Assembly: GCA_051532055.1 (NCBI GenBank)
Contig: JAOPTX010000015.1
Location: forward strand, 85,041-149,040
Direction of reading: 5' to 3'
DNA: 64,000 bases
Source: Fibrobacterales bacterium
GTDB lineage: Bacteria; Fibrobacterota; Fibrobacteria; Fibrobacterales; JAOPTW01
The translations under genes and the position numbers were made by a program. Below are positions 58,006-64,000 of the stretch, in pieces. How positions within the stretch are numbered: the stretch's first letter is position 1; the number at the start of each line of letters is the position of its first letter. Under the pieces are notes generated by a model. The model worked only from the letters and a program-made list of their open reading frames with translations. It was not told the origin of the DNA and did no database searches.

Positions 58006-59289
58006 ATGAAAGTATTAATTATCGGGGGTGGCGGAAGAGAACACGCCATTGCCAAAGAAGTTTCAAAATCTGATCAATGTAATGCATTATTTGCAGCTCC
58101 GGGTAATCCTGGAATAGCTGAATTGGGTACATGTGTTGATCTTGGAGTAGAAGATATTGATGGACTTCTCGCCTTTGCTGAATCAAAAGATATCGATTTT
58201 ACCATTGTAGGTCCAGAAATACCTCTTTGTGCAGGTATTGTTGATGCCTTTGAGGCTAAAGACCTGCTTATTTTTGGCCCCTCTGAGGCTGCTGCTCGAC
58301 TAGAAGGTTCAAAAGCATTTTCTAAAGATGTAATGAAAAAGTATGCTGTACCTACTGCTGCTTATGAAAAATTTACTGAGCTTGATAAAGCTGTTGGCTA
58401 TATAAAAGCAATGGGTGCTCCTATCGTTGTTAAAGCTTCAGGGCTTGCTGCAGGTAAGGGTGCTATTGTTTGTATGACTGAACAAGAAGCACTTGATGCT
58501 GTTACCGATATGCTTGGTGAAAAAGCAGTGTTTGGAGAATCAGGTAAAGAGGTGGTTATTGAAGAGTTCATGACTGGTGAAGAAGCCTCTATTTTTGCAA
58601 TATGTAACGGAACTGATTACGTAGTTTTATCAACGGCACAAGATCACAAACGTATTTTTGACAATGATGAAGGACCTAATACCGGTGGTATGGGAGCTTA
58701 TTCTCCAGCGCCAATAGTTACCGAAGAGCTATTGGGCGAAGTTAAAGAAACGATAATAGAGCCAACGCTTTATGGTATGGTCTCTGAAGGTTGCCCTTAT
58801 GTTGGAGTATTATACGTAGGAATAATGGTCACTCCACAAGGTCCAAAAGTTGTTGAATATAATGTACGCTTTGGTGACCCAGAAGCTCAGGTGATTTTAC
58901 CACTCTATGATGGAGATCTTCTTGAACTTCTCCATGCCGTTACTTGTGGAAATGTCGCAGATCTAGAAGTAAAAGAAAATAAAGGTTCGGCTGCTGTTAT
59001 CGTACTTGCTTCTGGTGGGTATCCGGGAGATTATGAAAAAGGAAAAGTTGTTCAAGGGCTTGAATTAGTTCGCAACGAAGCAATGTATTGTATCCATGCT
59101 GGCACCAAAAAGGCGGGAGATGATATTGTTTCTGCGGGTGGCCGTGTACTTGGCATGATGGGTAAAGGTGCTACGCTGAAAGAAGCAATTGATAGAGCAT
59201 ATGAAGGAGCATCAAAGGTATCATTTGATGGTGCTTTTTATAGAAAAGATATTGGACAAAAAGGTTTAAAACGAATTAAAGGAGCATAA
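58006..59289 (+). CDS. purD: Phosphoribosylamine--glycine ligase
   Basis: GGGGREHA, APGNPG, VGPE.PL, LEGSK, GLAAGKG, GPNTGGMG, RFGDPE. Confidence 0.99.
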   Translation: MKVLIIGGGGREHAIAKEVSKSDQCNALFAAPGNPGIAELGTCVDLGVEDIDGLLAFAESKDIDFTIVGPEIPLCAGIVDAFEAKDLLIFGPSEAAARLEGSKAFSKDVMKKYAVPTAAYEKFTELDKAVGYIKAMGAPIVVKASGLAAGKGAIVCMTEQEALDAVTDMLGEKAVFGESGKEVVIEEFMTGEEASIFAICNGTDYVVLSTAQDHKRIFDNDEGPNTGGMGAYSPAPIVTEELLGEVKETIIEPTLYGMVSEGCPYVGVLYVGIMVTPQGPKVVEYNVRFGDPEAQVILPLYDGDLLELLHAVTCGNVADLEVKENKGSAAVIVLASGGYPGDYEKGKVVQGLELVRNEAMYCIHAGTKKAGDDIVSAGGRVLGMMGKGATLKEAIDRAYEGASKVSFDGAFYRKDIGQKGLKRIKGA

Positions 59290-59290
59290 C

Positions 59291-59761
59291 ATGTTTGAAT
59301 TAACTGATAACGCACAAGTAGGGATTGTTTCAGGATCGACCTCAGACAAGCCTATTATTGAAAAAATCACATCAGTCTTTGATGAATTTGGTATAGCATG
59401 GGAGTACAACGTATTAAGTGCTCACCGGACTCCTAATAAGGCGTGTAAATATGCTAAAGAAGCTAAAGGCCGAGGGGTTAAAATATTGATTGGAGTGGCT
59501 GGTCTTGCAGCTGCACTTCCAGGTGTACTTGCAGGACATACTACTCTTCCAGTTATCGGAGTTCCTGGCGATGGTGGACCATTGAAAGGTGTAGATGCAT
59601 TGCATTCAATCGTGCAGATGCCTCCAGGGATCCCTGTAGCGACTGTTGGTATTGGTAATGGCAAAAACGCTGGGTATCTCGCATTATCAATTCTTGCTCT
59701 TGGTGATGATACCTTAGCAAAAAAGCTTGAAGAGTACCGTGTCAGTTTAGGAGATATTTAA
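59291..59761 (+). CDS. purE: N5-CAIR mutase
   Basis: GSTSD, SAHRTP, AGLAAALPG, SIVQMPPGIPVATV. Confidence 0.98.
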   Translation: MFELTDNAQVGIVSGSTSDKPIIEKITSVFDEFGIAWEYNVLSAHRTPNKACKYAKEAKGRGVKILIGVAGLAAALPGVLAGHTTLPVIGVPGDGGPLKGVDALHSIVQMPPGIPVATVGIGNGKNAGYLALSILALGDDTLAKKLEEYRVSLGDI

Positions 59762-60358
59762 TTGACCTCAGTAATTTCTGTTGAACAAATCGATGAATGT
59801 GTCTCCCACCTGAATAGTGGGGGTACACTTCTCTATCCATCAGATACCATTTATGGTCTTGGATGTGATGCATTGAATAGCCTAGCGGTATCGAAGATAT
59901 ACGATTTAAAAAATAGACCAGCCAATAACCCTTTTCTCATACTTATTGGCGACCCCGATATTCTGTCAATCTATTTTGATTTATCTCATGATCAACATGA
60001 TTTGATAAACAAAATTTGGCCTGGACCATTTACATTATTACTGTTCTCAAATGATAAGCGCTTAGAACACCTTGTAGGCCCAACCGGTAAAATTGGAGTA
60101 CGCTTTGGTGAGTCCCATTTCCTCTCTTCGTTATTTTCAAAATGGAATGGTTTTTTATTATCTACGAGTGCTAACATAACAGGAGAGCCGTATGTACATG
60201 ATGCATTGGTTCAAAGTGAATTATGGAGTGAACAGGTAGACCAAATGGTTCTATTGGATGAATATCCTATATCAAATCCTTCGACTCTCATAGATTATGT
60301 AGATGGTGAATGGAAAGTTCTCAGACAGGGTGCAGGTAAGTTAGAAGCATTTATTTAA
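59762..60358 (+). CDS. tsaC: Threonylcarbamoyl-AMP synthase (TsaC/Sua5/YrdC)
   Basis: YPSDTIYGLGC, KNR...NP, WPGPFT, STSAN, PSTLID, LRQG. Confidence 0.9.
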   Translation: MTSVISVEQIDECVSHLNSGGTLLYPSDTIYGLGCDALNSLAVSKIYDLKNRPANNPFLILIGDPDILSIYFDLSHDQHDLINKIWPGPFTLLLFSNDKRLEHLVGPTGKIGVRFGESHFLSSLFSKWNGFLLSTSANITGEPYVHDALVQSELWSEQVDQMVLLDEYPISNPSTLIDYVDGEWKVLRQGAGKLEAFI

Positions 60359-60401
60359 CTGCTTAAGACCTATCAATTTTGTATTTTTTCAATACTTCAA
60401 T

Positions 60402-61181
60402 TTGAGATTTCATGTGAAATACCTACTACTTATAGTTTTTTTAATAAATATCCCTCTTTTCGCCCAAAAGAGTATTCTCCTACCATTTCAAGTAGGAGAA
60501 AAAATAACCTATGAGATAAATTATGGGTTTATTACAGCCGGAAATGCAACAATGGAAGTGTTGCAAGATCCTCAAGATAGTAATGGACTTGTTCTTAAGG
60601 CTTTAGCATGGAATAATGGATTCTTTGAAGCAGTATATCCTGTACAGGATACTATTGTTACAGAAGTTCGAAAAAGTGATCTCATACCATCCACTTTTAA
60701 GAAGATTAATAATGAAGGGTCTTGGCATAATCATGTACATATTCAACAAGACTTAGAATCTCTTTCTGCCCACTTAGCTGATACTGTATTTGATAAAAAT
60801 GATAACCTTTTCAGTGTAAAACGGTATACTGATACGGTTGTTACCCTTGATACTTTGAGTCATACGATAACATCAGCATTTTATCTATTTAGAACATTAG
60901 ATTTAAAACCCGGTAATGAGTATAAGTTTAATGCAATTTCAGGAAAGAAAGAGTATAAGCTCAAAGTAATCGCTCACGGATATGAAACGATTGAAGTAGA
61001 AGCTGGTGAATTTGATTGTATTGTGGTTGAGCCGATACTTGATGAGGATGGTCTTTTTGAAGCAAAAGGTAAACTTACTATTTGGCTCACTAATGATGAT
61101 AAAAAAATACCGGTATTAGTTAAATCAAAAATTCTTGTTGGGTCAATTTCTGTTGAAATGACGCACTATTCTAAAAAATAA
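60402..61181 (+). CDS. DUF3108-like secreted protein
   Basis: Signal peptide; GEKITY...GFITAG; E.IEVEAGEFDC, IWLTND.KKIPV. Confidence 0.8.
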   Translation: MRFHVKYLLLIVFLINIPLFAQKSILLPFQVGEKITYEINYGFITAGNATMEVLQDPQDSNGLVLKALAWNNGFFEAVYPVQDTIVTEVRKSDLIPSTFKKINNEGSWHNHVHIQQDLESLSAHLADTVFDKNDNLFSVKRYTDTVVTLDTLSHTITSAFYLFRTLDLKPGNEYKFNAISGKKEYKLKVIAHGYETIEVEAGEFDCIVVEPILDEDGLFEAKGKLTIWLTNDDKKIPVLVKSKILVGSISVEMTHYSKK

Positions 61182-61182
61182 C

Positions 61183-61902
61183 ATGATAATTAAAGGCCTC
61201 ATAAAGGGTACGTTGTTAAAACGATATAAACGATTTTTTGTTGATGTCGCATTGGATACGGGAGAAACTGTTGTTGCACATTGCCCTAATACGGGTAGTA
61301 TGAAAACCCTTTTAGATGGAACTGTTATTGCCTATTTATTACCTAATAACGATCCTAAAAGAAAGTTAAAGTATACATTGTATTTGTTAGAACTTTCTCA
61401 TGGTGCAATAGTGTGTGTAAATACTCAGCTCCCCAATTACCTTGTTAAAGAAGCAATCGAGGATGGTGTCATACCAGAACTCAATGGGTATGTGGCTATA
61501 AAAACAGAAGTTAAATATGGTGAAGAAAATTCACGAATTGATATTCTTCTTGAATACCCTGAAATCAAAACATATGTAGAAGTTAAAAATGTGACCTACC
61601 TTCATTGCAATGATGGAGGCGTGGCTAAATTTCCAGATTCTGTGACAAGTCGAGGGTTAAAGCATCTCCATGAATTGGAGCGCGAAGTTAAAAAAGGCAA
61701 TAGGGGCGTCATGCTTTATCTGGTTAATAGAACTGATGCGACTTCTTATTCTGTTGCGAAAGAAATTGACCCTGCGTATGCTGATGCAGCTGTAAAAGCT
61801 CAAGATGTGGGAGTAGAATTTCTTCCTTATAAAATATTCATACAAAAAATAGAAGGTGATTGGCATCTAACTATTGATTCAAAATTGGATTATACATCTT
61901 AA
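61183..61902 (+). CDS. sfsA: SfsA DNA/RNA nuclease (sugar fermentation stimulation protein)
   Basis: KRYKRF, AHCPNTGSM, SRID, YVEVKNVT, FPDSVTSRG.KHL.EL. Confidence 0.97.
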   Translation: MIIKGLIKGTLLKRYKRFFVDVALDTGETVVAHCPNTGSMKTLLDGTVIAYLLPNNDPKRKLKYTLYLLELSHGAIVCVNTQLPNYLVKEAIEDGVIPELNGYVAIKTEVKYGEENSRIDILLEYPEIKTYVEVKNVTYLHCNDGGVAKFPDSVTSRGLKHLHELEREVKKGNRGVMLYLVNRTDATSYSVAKEIDPAYADAAVKAQDVGVEFLPYKIFIQKIEGDWHLTIDSKLDYTS

Positions 61903-61932
61903 AAGAATGAAATGTATTTAGAAAATGGTATT

Positions 61933-61967
61933 AAAAAAGGGCACCTTCACTAGTGAAGGTGCCCTTT
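61933..61967. terminator. Bidirectional intrinsic terminator
   Basis: AAAGGGCACCTTCACTAGTGAAGGTGCCCTTT perfect palindrome between convergent genes. Confidence 0.88.
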
Positions 61968-61990
61968 GAATTTATAGATACATTATAACG

Positions 61991-64000
61991 TTAGTAATCT
62001 AAGTCAATGAGTTGAAAACGCTGTGCACCTGTGCCATTACATCCCGTAGATATAATGTTGGCGCCCGCCCATTCCGCTTGTCCTTGAACATCTAAACATT
62101 CATGACCATCAGATTTAGGTTGTAGATTGTAGGTACCATTTCCTGATTCTACAATTCTCCAACGTTGGCTTGAGCTATTTACATCGCCCCACTGTTGTAC
62201 ATTTTCGTTTGATCCACCCCATGATACATCAAGTAATAGACCAGAGTTGAAGTTTATAAGCTCATACCATTCATCTTCGATATGTTTAAACTCCCACATT
62301 TGTGCTCCAGAGAAGTTACAGTCCCATTGTTGTACGTTAGCACCGTAGTCCGTTGATGCTGCTGAAACATCAATACATTTATTACTTACATCATTTCTGA
62401 TTTCGAATACACCAGAAAGGTGTGTTGGCTTGTGACTTGCATCGGTAAGAATAAAGTCTTGAGCAGCAGAACCATTACATGAGTACGAAAGGACATTAAT
62501 TTTATCTTGAACATTAGCGCCTTGGATGTCAAGACATTCACTGAGGTCAGATAAAGGGTTGAATTGTGCAATACCACTTGCATTGAGTGTGATTTTCCAC
62601 TTCATACTTGCTTGCTCTACTGTGTTACCCCAAATGTGAACATTCTCATTGTTACCCATATCTTGAACATCGAGATGCTTTTGTGCATTAAGGTTTTTAA
62701 CACCATAAATGCCGCTTCCAAGGTGAGTAAGTTCCCAGCGTTGTGCAAATGTGTTATTACAATAGTATTGTTGTACGTTCGCACCATTATGTTTATAACC
62801 TTCAGCTACTTCTACGCAACGATCACTATTGGTGTTTCTGATCTCATAAAGGCCAGAGAACTCAATGTTCACATTGATAGTTTTGGTTGTTGTGTTGTTA
62901 TGAGCATCTGTAACAGTATAGGTTACCACTGTTGTACCAAGTGGGAATTCAGAAGGAGCATCATTTGAAGGAACTAATTTGCGATCAACAAGATCAAAAG
63001 CTGTTCCAGTAGGGATAACTACTGAAGTCATAAAGCCTTCAGGTTTTACTGTGATGTCTGTTGGTACGCTTAAATCAGGAATAGTATTATCAGTTACAGT
63101 AACAGTCATTGTTTCACTTCCGGTGTTTCCGGCGGCATCTACTGATGAATAAGTAACCGTTGTAATTCCTACTGGGAATACTGTAGGAGCATCATTAGTA
63201 GGGGTAAGTGGGCCGTCAACTAAGTCAAGTGCGATCCCTGTAGCCAAGGTAACTGGAGTACCTGCTGCAGTAGCTTCTACAACAATATTTGCTAGAGGCT
63301 TTATTACTGGTGCGGTATTATCTGTAACTGTTACAATGATTGAAAGGGATGCTAAATTAGATTGAGCATCAGATGTCGAATAAGTAACCATTGTTTCGCC
63401 AACAGGAAATACTGCAGGAGCATTGTGTGATACTGTGACGTCACCATCAACAAGATCAAGAGCAACAACTTCTTTAACAGCAATTTCTGTTTCAGCGGTA
63501 GTTGCTTCAATAGAAATGTTTTCAACTGCAGGAATAACTGGAGCAGTAAGGTCAGTAATAGTAACAGTCATTGTAGCAGTAGAACTGTTTCCTGCAACAT
63601 CAATTGCAGTGAATGTTACAATATGTGACCCGAGGGTGAAAACACTTTGAGCATTGTTAGAGGTTGCAATGAAACCATCAACATTATCTTGAGCAGTAAT
63701 AATGAGCATTTCTACAGAGGTTTCTGGACCCGTTGCTTCTAAAGTAATATCTTCAAGTACTTGAATAACAGGTGCCGTGACGTCAGTAACCGTAACCGTT
63801 AGAGTTGCTGTAGCAGTGTTTCCTGCCGCGTCTGTAGCAGAGTAAGTCACGAGTGTCGCTCCGACCGGGAATGTTGCTGGTGCATTGTTAGTGACAACAA
63901 TCGCTCCATCAACGTTGTCGAGTGCATTTACAGTAGGTAGTGAAACGAGCGTTTGATCAAGATCAGCATTTACAGATACGTCAGCGTTTCCAGAGATAAC
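61991..64000 (-). CDS. Large surface protein (5' truncated): HYR/Ig-like repeats followed by two ricin-B lectin domains
   Basis: Frame open to window end (VISGNADVSV...); repeats D.TAPVI...A.D.VDG...FP.G.T.VTY.A.D..GN; QxW/CLDV ricin motifs. Confidence 0.85.
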   Translation of the reverse strand, partial: VISGNADVSVNADLDQTLVSLPTVNALDNVDGAIVVTNNAPATFPVGATLVTYSATDAAGNTATATLTVTVTDVTAPVIQVLEDITLEATGPETSVEMLIITAQDNVDGFIATSNNAQSVFTLGSHIVTFTAIDVAGNSSTATMTVTITDLTAPVIPAVENISIEATTAETEIAVKEVVALDLVDGDVTVSHNAPAVFPVGETMVTYSTSDAQSNLASLSIIVTVTDNTAPVIKPLANIVVEATAAGTPVTLATGIALDLVDGPLTPTNDAPTVFPVGITTVTYSSVDAAGNTGSETMTVTVTDNTIPDLSVPTDITVKPEGFMTSVVIPTGTAFDLVDRKLVPSNDAPSEFPLGTTVVTYTVTDAHNNTTTKTINVNIEFSGLYEIRNTNSDRCVEVAEGYKHNGANVQQYYCNNTFAQRWELTHLGSGIYGVKNLNAQKHLDVQDMGNNENVHIWGNTVEQASMKWKITLNASGIAQFNPLSDLSECLDIQGANVQDKINVLSYSCNGSAAQDFILTDASHKPTHLSGVFEIRNDVSNKCIDVSAASTDYGANVQQWDCNFSGAQMWEFKHIEDEWYELINFNSGLLLDVSWGGSNENVQQWGDVNSSSQRWRIVESGNGTYNLQPKSDGHECLDVQGQAEWAGANIISTGCNGTGAQRFQLIDLDY
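62870..64000 (-). repeat. About five tandem ~77-aa HYR-like repeats within the surface protein
   Basis: Recurrent TVTDxTAPVI / NAPxxFPVGxTxVTY units in the translation; boundaries approximate. Confidence 0.8.

Noticed and set aside
1..64000. CRISPR arrays, tRNA/rRNA, transposases, prophage, stop-codon recoding
   Set aside because: No spaced repeat arrays, cloverleafs or mobile-element genes seen; conserved genes are full length in the standard code

Overview
AT-rich bacterial chromosomal window in the standard genetic code, made up mostly of housekeeping genes: ftsA(partial)-ftsZ, trxA, apt, pyrR-pyrB-pyrC', two FKBP PPIases, mtgA, a DTW enzyme, nadB, ppiD, a TamB/TamA-like pair, ndk-sdhCAB, gpmI, alaS, rplM-rpsI-rpsB-tsf-pyrH-frr-uppS-cdsA-dxr-rseP, purD-purE-tsaC, sfsA, and several secreted or surface proteins. 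Gene order, a T9SS-like C-terminal domain and TAnnTTT promoter-like motifs suggest an FCB-group organism, most likely Fibrobacterota (inference). I saw no rRNA, tRNA, CRISPR array, transposase or prophage. Best leads: (1) a stand-alone two-PDZ lipoprotein that copies the periplasmic part of the adjacent RseP, with a perfect 15-bp inverted repeat upstream and an RPE-like palindromic element supplying its stop codon; (2) FtsZ with three copies of the C-terminal P-x-F-x-R peptide; (3) a eukaryote-type diacylglycerol kinase coupled to gamma-CA and sdhCAB; (4) five intact ORFs that appear to have lost catalytic residues (SGNH, PyrC', RmlD-like, the cyclase domain of a STAND protein, RlmD-like). All family calls come from motif reading; no database searches were run.
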